From: Candidatus Omnitrophota bacterium
GTDB lineage: Bacteria; Omnitrophota; Gorgyraeia; 2-01-FULL-45-10
NCBI GenBank assembly: GCA_041648975.1
Contig: JBAZNZ010000009.1
Coordinates: 1,033 to 65,032, forward strand
Direction of reading: 5' to 3'
DNA length: 64,000 bases
The translations under genes were made by a program, and so were the position numbers. Below are positions 45,707 through 53,820 of the stretch, piece after piece; the stretch's first letter is position 1; every line of letters starts with the position of its first letter. A model generated the notes under the pieces. The model was not told the origin of the DNA, did no database searches, and saw nothing but the letters and a program-made list of their open reading frames with translations.

Positions 45707-47410
45707 ATGATCGGCATAGTAAAAATGAAGCGGATCATTGCGGCGAGTCTTATTATTATAATCCTGCTTGTTGCCGGAGTTACGCTGTTTATTGCGACAT
45801 TTAATATTGACTCATACAGGGCCGCACTTGCAAAGGCTATAGGTAAGGCAATTGGCGCGCGGGTGGAAATAGGAAAACTATCTCTTGTCTGGAAAGACGG
45901 GATATCGATCAAGGCTGAAGACTTTGTCATCTATTCCGCCGTTGGTAAGCAGGAGAAGGCCGGCGCGCGCGCGAAATCAGGGTCTTTTTCGGTTGAGCTC
46001 ATGCCGCTCTTGAAAAAAGAGTTCAGATTCGGAGTTGTGGCGCTCTCAAAGCCTCATATCGAGATACAGCGAAATCCAGACGGCGCGATAGTCATAGCCG
46101 GCATGAAACCGCAGATCGATGCCGCAGCCAAGAAGGCCGGAGGCAGTGAGGCGGCCATACCGCTATTCTTCGTAAAGACGATAGAGTTGAAAGACGGTGA
46201 GGTTATATTTACCGATATGTCGAAAACGCCGCTTTCAGTTGTATCCGTACGGCACATTGATGTCCGTGTAAATGGAGTATCCCTGGGCGCCTCGGCCCCT
46301 TTTAGCGCCGCAATGGCGTTGTTCGCCCGGCGGCAGAATGTAGAGATAAGAGGGTCGGTAAATTTCTCGCAGGCAGGGTCGCCCATAGATATGATAAACG
46401 GGAATGTAAAGATCGATATGGGCGCGATCGATATCTATGAAGTCGTAAAAGCTTTTCCGGAGGCCAAAAATGCCGGGTTCAGGGAGAACCCGAAAGGCAT
46501 TATAGGCTTAGATGTAAAAAAGTTTTCTTTCACATCGCCTCTTAAAAGATCGGATCTCACCTTTCAATATAAGAACGGCAGGATCGCTGTTTCCCATCTG
46601 CCGGACGCGCTGAACAATATTACGGTAAAAGGCGCCCTTAAGAACGACACGCTTAAGGTCGATAGCTTCTCAGCGGGATTTGCGGACGGCGCCATTTCCG
46701 GGTCGAGCAACGTCTCGGACCTGTCCGGGGCCAAGAGGTCGGCTTTAAAGCTGTCACTCAAAGACCTTGCCCTCGCCAAAATGCTGCCGCAGCCTACACA
46801 GGGACAGCCGTTCCTGTCGGGCCATGTGAATCTAGTCTTTGAAGGAGGCTCGCGTGGGTTTACCGCTGAGGAGCTGCAGGACTCTCTCACCGGCCGGGGC
46901 AGCCTGTCGGTCAACGACGGAGTTATCGTTAATATGAATGTTGTGCGTGACGTTTTCCGGCAGATTTCGATGATACCGGGCCTTGTCGAGCTGTTCGAGG
47001 ACAGGATGTCGGACGCCTATAACGCTAAGATACGATCCAAAGACACCGTCCTATATCCTATTGAAGTGCCGTTTATATGCGAGGGAAGGTTCTTGAAATT
47101 CCCAAAACTGTCGCTAAAGACCGACCATTTTAATATCTTCGGTGTCGGCGAGGCCGGATTTGACCGGTCGATAGGCGCAAATGTTATCTTGCAGATAAAC
47201 AGCGACCTTTCGAACGCGTTCATGAGGAGCATAAACGATCTCCAGTATCTTATGAATAGATCAGGGCAGTTGGAGATACCGATAAAAGTAAAAGGGTATC
47301 TTCCCGAGGTGAATATCATCCCGGATCTGCAGTATGTAGCCAAAAAGTACGCGGCGGCAAAGGCCCGGGAGGTTGTGACCGAAGCCCTCGGCAAGATGAT
47401 GAAAAAATAA
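45707..47410 (+). CDS. AsmA-family outer-membrane biogenesis protein
   Basis: 567-aa ORF with N-terminal transmembrane segment and a large periplasmic beta-rich domain typical of the AsmA/TamB-like superfamily. Confidence 0.65.
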   Translation: MIGIVKMKRIIAASLIIIILLVAGVTLFIATFNIDSYRAALAKAIGKAIGARVEIGKLSLVWKDGISIKAEDFVIYSAVGKQEKAGARAKSGSFSVELMPLLKKEFRFGVVALSKPHIEIQRNPDGAIVIAGMKPQIDAAAKKAGGSEAAIPLFFVKTIELKDGEVIFTDMSKTPLSVVSVRHIDVRVNGVSLGASAPFSAAMALFARRQNVEIRGSVNFSQAGSPIDMINGNVKIDMGAIDIYEVVKAFPEAKNAGFRENPKGIIGLDVKKFSFTSPLKRSDLTFQYKNGRIAVSHLPDALNNITVKGALKNDTLKVDSFSAGFADGAISGSSNVSDLSGAKRSALKLSLKDLALAKMLPQPTQGQPFLSGHVNLVFEGGSRGFTAEELQDSLTGRGSLSVNDGVIVNMNVVRDVFRQISMIPGLVELFEDRMSDAYNAKIRSKDTVLYPIEVPFICEGRFLKFPKLSLKTDHFNIFGVGEAGFDRSIGANVILQINSDLSNAFMRSINDLQYLMNRSGQLEIPIKVKGYLPEVNIIPDLQYVAKKYAAAKAREVVTEALGKMMKK

Positions 47411-47440
47411 GACCCGGTTTATACCGGGTCTTATTTTTTT
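47411..47440. terminator. bidirectional intrinsic terminator between the asmA-like gene (+) and cspA (-)
   Basis: GACCCGGTTTATACCGGGTC hairpin flanked by AAAAAAATAA on the 5' side and TTATTTTTTT on the 3' side. Confidence 0.8.
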
Positions 47441-47453
47441 GCAGCTATACTTC

Positions 47454-47654
47454 TTACAGCTTCACTACGTTTGTGGCCTGTTCGCCCTTAGGTCCCTGGG
47501 TTATCTCGAACTCGACATCCTGACCTTCTTTTAAAGACTTAAATCCATCACCCTGAATAGCGCTGTGATGTACGAAGACATCCTTACCATTCTCAGGCGT
47601 GATGAAACCATAGCCTTTGGCGTCATTGAACCATTTCACTTTCCCTTTTACCAT
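47454..47654 (-). CDS. cold-shock protein (CspA family)
   Basis: [21 protein letters not shown]1 motif; 66 aa. Confidence 0.9.
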   Translation of the reverse strand: MVKGKVKWFNDAKGYGFITPENGKDVFVHHSAIQGDGFKSLKEGQDVEFEITQGPKGEQATNVVKL

Positions 47655-47812
47655 TATTTACTACCTCCCTTCCATCGAACTAATAGTAAATAACAGGTGC
47701 TACCTAATTTACTATCGTCGGATATTATATCCTTTTTTTAATTCGTTGTCCAGTAATATGTTAAAAAATATGGAAGTAGGCCAATTTGACGTATTGTGGT
47801 AGAATATACCCT

Positions 47813-49129
47813 ATGGTCAAAGCAAAATTACCGAAAATAGCGATAGTCGGCAGGCCTAATGTCGGGAAATCCTCTCTCTTTAACAGGATAGTCGGCGCCA
47901 GGACCGCCATAGTCGAGTCTAAGAGCGGAACGACGCGCGACAGGCTGTATGCGGATATCAGGTTGAAGGACAGGTCCTTTACGCTTATAGATACGGGCGG
48001 GTTTGAGAAGGCGAAGCCCGGAGAGATGGCCGGGCTCATCCTGAAACAGCTTGAAAAAGCGATCCAGGAGGCCGACATAATAGCCTTTGTTACCGACGGC
48101 GCAGCCGGCATATTGCCTCAGGACAGGGATCTTGCGGCCGCTTTGAGGAAGACCTCAAAAAAGATATACCTTGTCGTGAATAAGATAGACGATGATTCGA
48201 AAATGTCATCCGCGCTCGAATTCTTTGAGCTGGGGTTGGGCGAGCCTTACGCCGTTTCCGCGGCGAATGGCGCAGGTGTAGACAGATTTCTCGAAGAGCT
48301 TTCGGGTTATACGGAGAAAAGCGACGCTGTCAGCGCGGCTAAAGGAGTGAAGGTCGCCATTGTCGGGAGGCCTAACGTCGGCAAGTCTTCATATATCAAT
48401 TTCATCCTGAGCGAGGATAGGGTAATCGTCCATCCTACAGCAGGGACCACCAGGGACGCCGTTGACACGGATTTCAATTATAAGGACCGCGATTATGTGC
48501 TCATAGATACCGCGGGCATCAGGCACAACACCAAGCTGAATGAGGCGGCGGATTTCTACGGGAGCGTCCGTTCGAAAGAGGCGATAAGGCGTTCCGATGT
48601 GGCCATAGCTATAATAGACGGTTGCGACGGCTTAAGGGAGGACGACGCGCGTATATTAGAGTTCATAATAGAAGAGGGCAAAGGGCTCATAATCGCGGTG
48701 AATAAATGGGACCTGGTCCGCGGCGCCGGTATGCCGGAATATAAAAATATGCTGATAAAAAAGATGAGCGCCATCAGGAACTATCCGGTGACATTCATCT
48801 CATGCAAATCCGGCAGGAATGTCAGATCGAGCCTCGATCTCATATGGCCGATCTACGAGAAGGCAGGTATGACCATCAGGCCCGGTATGCTTCACGGCAT
48901 CCTGGAATCGCTGAACAGCGCGCCGGAGATAAGGAACAGGCGGGTCAAATTTATCTTTCTCGCTCAGACAGGACAGCGTCCGCCGGCGTTCGTTCTGATG
49001 ACGCGGCCCAAAGATTTCAGGATGATGAACGCTAACCTGAAACGCTTCGCGGAGAATTTTTTAAGGATGGCTTATGATTTCGAAGGCGTCCCCTTGAGGC
49101 TGGCGATCGAGAAACCGTCGAAACATTGA
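47813..49129 (+). CDS. der: ribosome-associated GTPase Der (EngA)
   Basis: Two tandem GTPase domains (GRPNVGKSS twice) plus a KH-like C-terminus. The ATG at 47813 is preferred over the TTG-extended ORF-track start at 47786. Confidence 0.9.
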   Translation: MVKAKLPKIAIVGRPNVGKSSLFNRIVGARTAIVESKSGTTRDRLYADIRLKDRSFTLIDTGGFEKAKPGEMAGLILKQLEKAIQEADIIAFVTDGAAGILPQDRDLAAALRKTSKKIYLVVNKIDDDSKMSSALEFFELGLGEPYAVSAANGAGVDRFLEELSGYTEKSDAVSAAKGVKVAIVGRPNVGKSSYINFILSEDRVIVHPTAGTTRDAVDTDFNYKDRDYVLIDTAGIRHNTKLNEAADFYGSVRSKEAIRRSDVAIAIIDGCDGLREDDARILEFIIEEGKGLIIAVNKWDLVRGAGMPEYKNMLIKKMSAIRNYPVTFISCKSGRNVRSSLDLIWPIYEKAGMTIRPGMLHGILESLNSAPEIRNRRVKFIFLAQTGQRPPAFVLMTRPKDFRMMNANLKRFAENFLRMAYDFEGVPLRLAIEKPSKH

Positions 49130-49204
49130 TACCGCCGTTCATCATGTGCTTTTTGCTTGGGATTTGACGCTTTAGGATGTATAATTTTAGCAAAGGAGCC
49201 GGTT

Positions 49205-49660
49205 ATGCTTAGAAAGACGGTATTATTCTTACTTATAGGTTGTCTTGCCGCGGGAGGATGCGCGACCATGAAGTCGGAGAAGGCGTTTGAGAGCGCTTCG
49301 ATAGGCATGTCGAAAGCGGATGTTATAAAAAGGGTAGGCCCCCCCGCGCTTGTAAAGGGGTATATTAAGAACACCGCAGGCGAAAATATCGAAGTCTGGG
49401 AGTATAGGGTCGGGAAGGCCAAGTCTTTCGAACAGGTGACGACGGAATCGTTCTTCACGGCGATGACAGCAGGCGCCGGGGCGCCGATACTTCTTTCATC
49501 GGGGGACAGGGATAATTACTGGTTCTATTTTGTCGACGGTAAATTCGCCGGGTGGGGGCGCGCCGGGGATTGGGACCGTGACGGCGAAAAGATACGCGGG
49601 ATGACATTTAAGCCGGGGAAAGATATATCCCTGACCATAGCGCCATTAAAGGAAAAATAA
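49205..49660 (+). CDS. BamE/SmpA-OmlA-like lipoprotein
   Basis: MLRKTVLFLLIGCLAAGGC lipoprotein signal peptide; body resembles the BamE fold pattern (GMSKADVIKRVGPP ... YWFYF). Confidence 0.45.
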   Translation: MLRKTVLFLLIGCLAAGGCATMKSEKAFESASIGMSKADVIKRVGPPALVKGYIKNTAGENIEVWEYRVGKAKSFEQVTTESFFTAMTAGAGAPILLSSGDRDNYWFYFVDGKFAGWGRAGDWDRDGEKIRGMTFKPGKDISLTIAPLKEK

Positions 49661-49673
49661 GAGGAGGCGTGAG

Positions 49674-49934
49674 ATGAAAAAAGCGTTGTTGCTGGCGGTA
49701 TTCCTGATCTTTACCTCAATATCGGTTTTTGCCGGAGGCCCTGGATGCGGAAGCGTGAAAGAAGACAGGGTCGAGTCCAGGGAGCAGATGACTATGAAGC
49801 CGGATACGATATTCCAGAAGGTAGGGGATTTCATAACCGGAGATTACGACGTCAACGGCAAGCCGCTCAAAAAGGTGGGAATATTGCAGGCCACGGCCGA
49901 CGAGATAAATAAGATGAAGGCGGGCGGAAGGTAA
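49674..49934 (+). CDS. small secreted protein
   Basis: 86-aa ORF with signal peptide MKKALLLAVFLIFTSISVFA. Confidence 0.4.
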   Translation: MKKALLLAVFLIFTSISVFAGGPGCGSVKEDRVESREQMTMKPDTIFQKVGDFITGDYDVNGKPLKKVGILQATADEINKMKAGGR

Positions 49935-49944
49935 CGAGGACCTC

Positions 49945-50622
49945 TTGAAAGTCGATCCTATGTTTAAACCGGCGCTAACGATCGCTCTTATCGCATTGTC
50001 GGCGTATTTCGCGTGCGAAGGCCATGCTAAGGCCGTAGCCGAACATATATATATCGTCCCTGTCGGGGACGCGGACAGCAAAGTCGTAGCCGAGATTAAG
50101 GACAAACTTCCCTCATTCCTTTCCATGAGTTCAAATACGCTGGTGGACCCCGGGAAGGATCTGCCCGAGTCCGCTTACGATTCCTCGAGAAAGCAGTATA
50201 ACGCCCGGGTCCTTTTAAAAGAGATCTCGCGGCGCGTGACCGTCGATACCGCGAATGAAAGGGTGCTCCTTATTACGGACGTAGACCTGTATATGCCGGA
50301 GACGGACTTCGTCTTCGGGCTCGCCGACGCGAAAAGAGGGATCTGCGTAATATCTTCGGCCCGTCTTAAGGACGAATTCTACGGCCTGAAACCGAATAAA
50401 AGAGCATATTATAACAGGGCCCTGAAAGAGGCAGCGCATGAACTTGGCCATTCCTGGGACCTCGGGCATTGCACGAACCCGAAATGTGTAATGTGCCTTT
50501 CAAATACTCTTGCCGACATCGATAAACAGAGAGATGAGTTTTGCCATGCCTGCCGGGATAAACTGCGCCTCAGGTATGAAAAGGCATTGGTCGATACGAA
50601 GGCGTTAATGCAGAGGTGGTGA
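49945..50622 (+). CDS. archaemetzincin-like zinc metalloprotease (M54 family) with N-terminal signal-like segment
   Basis: HELGHSWDLGHCTNPKCVMC...CHAC matches the HExxHxxGxxHCx4CxM...CxxC archaemetzincin signature; N-terminal hydrophobic stretch ALTIALIALSAYFAC. Confidence 0.65.
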   Translation: MKVDPMFKPALTIALIALSAYFACEGHAKAVAEHIYIVPVGDADSKVVAEIKDKLPSFLSMSSNTLVDPGKDLPESAYDSSRKQYNARVLLKEISRRVTVDTANERVLLITDVDLYMPETDFVFGLADAKRGICVISSARLKDEFYGLKPNKRAYYNRALKEAAHELGHSWDLGHCTNPKCVMCLSNTLADIDKQRDEFCHACRDKLRLRYEKALVDTKALMQRW

Positions 50623-50637
50623 AAGGAGGTATCGAAG

Positions 50638-51003
50638 ATGTTGACACTTGTAAGGGCTATAGGGCTGATAGTTTTAGGGATGGGGCTTACCATTACGGCG
50701 GATCCGCGTGTGTTAAATATAGTGATAAACTTCTGGAAGGAGGGTAACAGGATATACGGCGCAGGCGCCGCGAGGCTTATCTTTGGGGTCATATTCCTTA
50801 TGGCCGCCTCGAGCTGCAGGCATCCGGTCGTCATTACCGCACTGGGTATATTGATGATCATAGGCGCCGCTCTAGTCTTCGCGCTTGGGCCGGCCAGGAT
50901 AAAGGCTATATTAGGATGGTGGGAACAGAAGCCGCCGTTATTTGTACGCCTCCTCGGCCTTGCGCCGGCGGCTATCGGCGCGGCCATACTGTATTCGGCA
51001 TGA
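50638..51003 (+). CDS. small integral membrane protein
   Basis: 121-aa ORF with 3-4 predicted transmembrane helices. Confidence 0.4.
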   Translation: MLTLVRAIGLIVLGMGLTITADPRVLNIVINFWKEGNRIYGAGAARLIFGVIFLMAASSCRHPVVITALGILMIIGAALVFALGPARIKAILGWWEQKPPLFVRLLGLAPAAIGAAILYSA

Positions 51004-51671
51004 TACGCGCCCTCATCAGTATCGCAATATCCTGCGTTATCGTATCCTGCGCCGCGGCATTGCCGGAGGAAAGGGACCGCTATGAGATCGAAGGGCTGAC
51101 CGGAGATATGCGCGGAGCTTCGGAGTTGATCCAGAGGCCCGACGGCAGATTATACGAGACCGGCAAACTGAAACTGGCGCTCATAAACAAGGGAGATATC
51201 ACCTATGCCAGCAGGAAGAGCGCGTTCAGCAAGCCGGAAAATAAGCAGGTCCTGGGTTCCATAGTCTTCGAGGTGGATATAGTCAAGGTAGACGATGAGA
51301 CTTATGATAACCAGATAAACCTCGGATTCGATTTTCCCGAAAAGGACGGCGCCGGCGCCGATACGGCATGGGCGCGCATGAAAGGCCGCGTGACCGTTGA
51401 CCAGATAGCCGCTTTGAAGAAGAACAGGAAGACCGCTTTTGAGGCGAACCGGAAGGTCTCCGAGCTATTGTGGATCAATATGGTAGAAGAAGGCACAAGG
51501 TCGGATTATCAATACAGTGAGATGTTCAGGGAGACGAGTTTCAAGGAGGCCATCATAGAGATCGGGGGAAAATACCTGGATTACATTCCGGAGATATTTG
51601 AATTATTAATAGAGAAATATCCGGAAGGCGAAAAGATATTAAAGATGAGGGGTGAAGTAGCAAAAATTTAG
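51000..51671 (+). CDS. hypothetical lipoprotein
   Basis: ATGA overlap with the upstream gene; signal peptide MIRALISIAISCVIVSCAA. Confidence 0.45.
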   Translation: MIRALISIAISCVIVSCAAALPEERDRYEIEGLTGDMRGASELIQRPDGRLYETGKLKLALINKGDITYASRKSAFSKPENKQVLGSIVFEVDIVKVDDETYDNQINLGFDFPEKDGAGADTAWARMKGRVTVDQIAALKKNRKTAFEANRKVSELLWINMVEEGTRSDYQYSEMFRETSFKEAIIEIGGKYLDYIPEIFELLIEKYPEGEKILKMRGEVAKI

Positions 51672-51805
51672 AGTTAGATATATTAAGGTATTCCCTCGCC
51701 GGGGGAGTGAGATAACAGCGTCTCGGGATGATTTGCCTGAGCAAAATAACGGCAAATCACGGGACGATTTGTCAGAGTCAGGCTACAACAAATCGGGGGT
51801 GTGCG

Positions 51806-51961
51806 ATGAGTCACGAAGAACATATAATACATCAGTTAAAGGAGATGCATAGCTCGCTTGCCCATACGGACAGGCAGGTGTCGAATGTGAGATGGCTTTT
51901 ATACATAAATATAGCCATAATGATTTCCGCTGTATTGATTATCCTGATGAAACAGTCCTGA
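51806..51961 (+). CDS. small single-pass membrane protein (51 aa)
   Basis: GGGGG ribosome-binding site upstream of the ATG; C-terminal transmembrane segment LLYINIAIMISAVLIILM. Confidence 0.3.
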   Translation: MSHEEHIIHQLKEMHSSLAHTDRQVSNVRWLLYINIAIMISAVLIILMKQS

Positions 51962-51969
51962 GGTATAGT

Positions 51970-52116
51970 ATGGCCGCGTATATTTATGACAGGGTGTTAT
52001 TGATCCTGACGCTGATCGTCGTGACTCCGCTCCTCATCCTCAGTTTGCTTTCGATAGTTATCGGGTATCCGCTTCATTTAATAAAAGAGTCCATAGTAGG
52101 CCGGCTCAAAAGGTGA
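51970..52116 (+). CDS. small single-pass membrane protein (48 aa)
   Basis: Lies directly downstream of the previous small ORF; transmembrane segment VLLILTLIVVTPLLILSLLSIVIG. Confidence 0.3.
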   Translation: MAAYIYDRVLLILTLIVVTPLLILSLLSIVIGYPLHLIKESIVGRLKR

Positions 52117-52125
52117 TGTTAAGCA

Positions 52126-52731
52126 ATGCATAACGTGGTAATACGCCGCGGCGCCCCCGAAGATTCGGAAGATTTTTCGCGGCTTATGCTGTTGACGGGA
52201 GAAGACCTATATACAGGGATCCTGGGTAAGGATGCCGGGATCGTCCTGGGCAGGTTATTTAAGGAAAAAAGGAATTACTTCAGCTACGAACACTCGTATT
52301 TCATGGAGATGGACGGCGAGGTTGCGGGAATGACGTTGTTATACGATTATAAAACTACAAAAACCGAGTTCTTCCGTTTCGGATTTTTAATATTTAAATA
52401 TATGAAATTAAGTTTCTTCCGCTATATTATTCCGCTGCTTAGGGCCGGCCGCGTATTGAACGGTTCAAGAGAAGGGGACCTGCATTCCAGCAACAGCGCC
52501 CTCTATCCGAAGTTCAGAGCTCAGGGCTTAGGCGAAAGGCTTTTCGGGATAGCCGAGGAGAAGGCCAGGCGCGAAGGCTTCAGGAGGATAGTCGTGAGCG
52601 TGAAGTACGACAATATCGCCGCGCTCTCTTTACGCAAGAAGCTCGGCTATAAAGTGGAGATGGAACTGCCGCCGCTCGATCTTGAGAACGGTGTTTTTAA
52701 GCATCTGCAGCTGGTGAAGGATATTATTTAA
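52126..52731 (+). CDS. GNAT-family N-acetyltransferase
   Basis: Acetyl-CoA-binding motif (RAQGLGERLFGIAEEKARREG); 201 aa. Confidence 0.75.
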   Translation: MHNVVIRRGAPEDSEDFSRLMLLTGEDLYTGILGKDAGIVLGRLFKEKRNYFSYEHSYFMEMDGEVAGMTLLYDYKTTKTEFFRFGFLIFKYMKLSFFRYIIPLLRAGRVLNGSREGDLHSSNSALYPKFRAQGLGERLFGIAEEKARREGFRRIVVSVKYDNIAALSLRKKLGYKVEMELPPLDLENGVFKHLQLVKDII

Positions 52732-52807
52732 GGTGTTCCCGGAATTTGCATTTTTTTCAATGTATGATATAATTAAAAGACGGGTTTTAATAAAAAAGGA
52801 GGCGGGC

Positions 52808-53065
52808 ATGAAGCGTATAGCGATAATGGCGATGGCTGTGTTATTCGCGTCAAGCGTGACGCTGGCGTTTGCCGAACAGCCGCAGAAAGAACAAAACCTG
52901 TTTAAGATAATCCAGGGCACGATTAAGTTCCCCCCGGCAAAGGAAAAGAACAGGGTAAAGATTCCGCCGATTAAAGTTAGTATGTTTCAGGACATGGCAA
53001 CCAGGATCGAAGAGGGTTCAGCCAAAGCGCGTACCCAGTCTTTGAGGACCGCAAAGACGAAATAG
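52808..53065 (+). CDS. small secreted protein (85 aa)
   Basis: Strong ribosome-binding site AAGGAGG; signal peptide MKRIAIMAMAVLFASSVTLAFA; followed by an intrinsic terminator. Confidence 0.45.
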   Translation: MKRIAIMAMAVLFASSVTLAFAEQPQKEQNLFKIIQGTIKFPPAKEKNRVKIPPIKVSMFQDMATRIEEGSAKARTQSLRTAKTK

Positions 53066-53096
53066 AGAAATCATAAAATAATAGTAACCTGTTATG

Positions 53097-53135
53097 CGGA
53101 TCCCGGGCGCATTTTGCCCAGGATCCGTTTTTTTA
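53097..53135 (+). terminator. intrinsic terminator after the small secreted-protein gene
   Basis: CGGATCCCGGGC..GCCCAGGATCCG stem followed by TTTTTTTT. Confidence 0.75.
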
Positions 53136-53136
53136 C

Positions 53137-53165
53137 TTGCATAGTGAACGATTGTTCACTATAAT
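53137..53165 (+). promoter_or_regulatory. lexA sigma70-type promoter (TTGCAT-17-TATAAT) with an embedded LexA box GAACGATTGTTC (53146-53157)
   Basis: Both hexamers with a 17-bp spacer read directly from the sequence. The GAAC-N4-GTTC (Cheo-box-type) palindrome AGTGAACgattGTTCACT lies in the spacer. Confidence 0.7.
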
Positions 53166-53176
53166 AGTATGTATAA

Positions 53177-53222
53177 AAGGTTACGTAACCTTAATTAACC
53201 TTCCCTAACATTACGTAACATA
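53177..53222. repeat. word-built palindrome (GGTTACGTAACC) in the lexA 5' UTR
   Basis: AAGGTTACGTAACCTTAATTAACCTTCCCTAACATTACGTAACAT; contains the perfect 20-bp palindrome TTAAGGTTACGTAACCTTAA. Confidence 0.6.
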
Positions 53223-53238
53223 AACAAGGGGCTCTATC

Positions 53239-53820
53239 ATGATTAAAAGAGACGCGGAACTCTACGCGCATAAGATAAATAATTTTTATATGAAGAACAG
53301 GAGGATGCCGTCTTACTCCGAGATGCAGTCCATCTTCGGGTTCGCCTCGAAGAACGCGGTATTTAAAAGAGTCCAGGCGCTTATGAAGAACGGATTTATC
53401 GATAAAGACGCTAAGGGCCGCCTCATCCCGAGAAGCCTTGTCAAGCCCGCGCGCCTTTTAGGAACCGTAGCCGCCGGGTTCCCGAGCCCCGCGGAGGAGG
53501 AGCTCGCGGACACGATGAGCCTTGACGAGTACCTGATATCGAATCCCCAGGCCACTTACCTGTTGAAGGTGGACGGCGACTCTATGATCGACGCCGGCGT
53601 GCATCCGGGAGATCTGGTCCTGGTCCAGAGGAACCTGACTCCGAAAACAGGGGATATAGTCGTGGCGCATGTAGATAATGAATGGACGTTAAAATATTTT
53701 GAAAAAAAAGGCGGCCGGGTCGTTTTGAAAGCGGCCAATAAGAAATATCCTGTAATAACGCCTAAACAGGAACTTACGATAGCCGGAGTGGTCATAGCCA
53801 ATGTCAGGAAATACAGATAA
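53239..53820 (+). CDS. lexA: LexA repressor
   Basis: N-terminal winged HTH plus a C-terminal S24 peptidase domain (VDGDSMIDAGVHPGDLVLV, GDIVVAHVDNEWTLK); 193 aa. Confidence 0.9.
   Translation: MIKRDAELYAHKINNFYMKNRRMPSYSEMQSIFGFASKNAVFKRVQALMKNGFIDKDAKGRLIPRSLVKPARLLGTVAAGFPSPAEEELADTMSLDEYLISNPQATYLLKVDGDSMIDAGVHPGDLVLVQRNLTPKTGDIVVAHVDNEWTLKYFEKKGGRVVLKAANKKYPVITPKQELTIAGVVIANVRKYR

Noticed and set aside
47786-47812. TTG-extended start for der from the ORF track
   Set aside because: The Der N-terminus (MVKAKLPKIAIVGRPNVGKSS) begins at the ATG at 47813. The extension would place the -10 element inside the coding region.
53177-53222. GGTTACGTAACC palindromes as the LexA operator
   Set aside because: A canonical GAAC-N4-GTTC box sits in the promoter spacer at 53146-53157. 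The TTACGTAA palindromes also occur downstream of unrelated genes (14035 and 22214) as part of the word-hairpin family.
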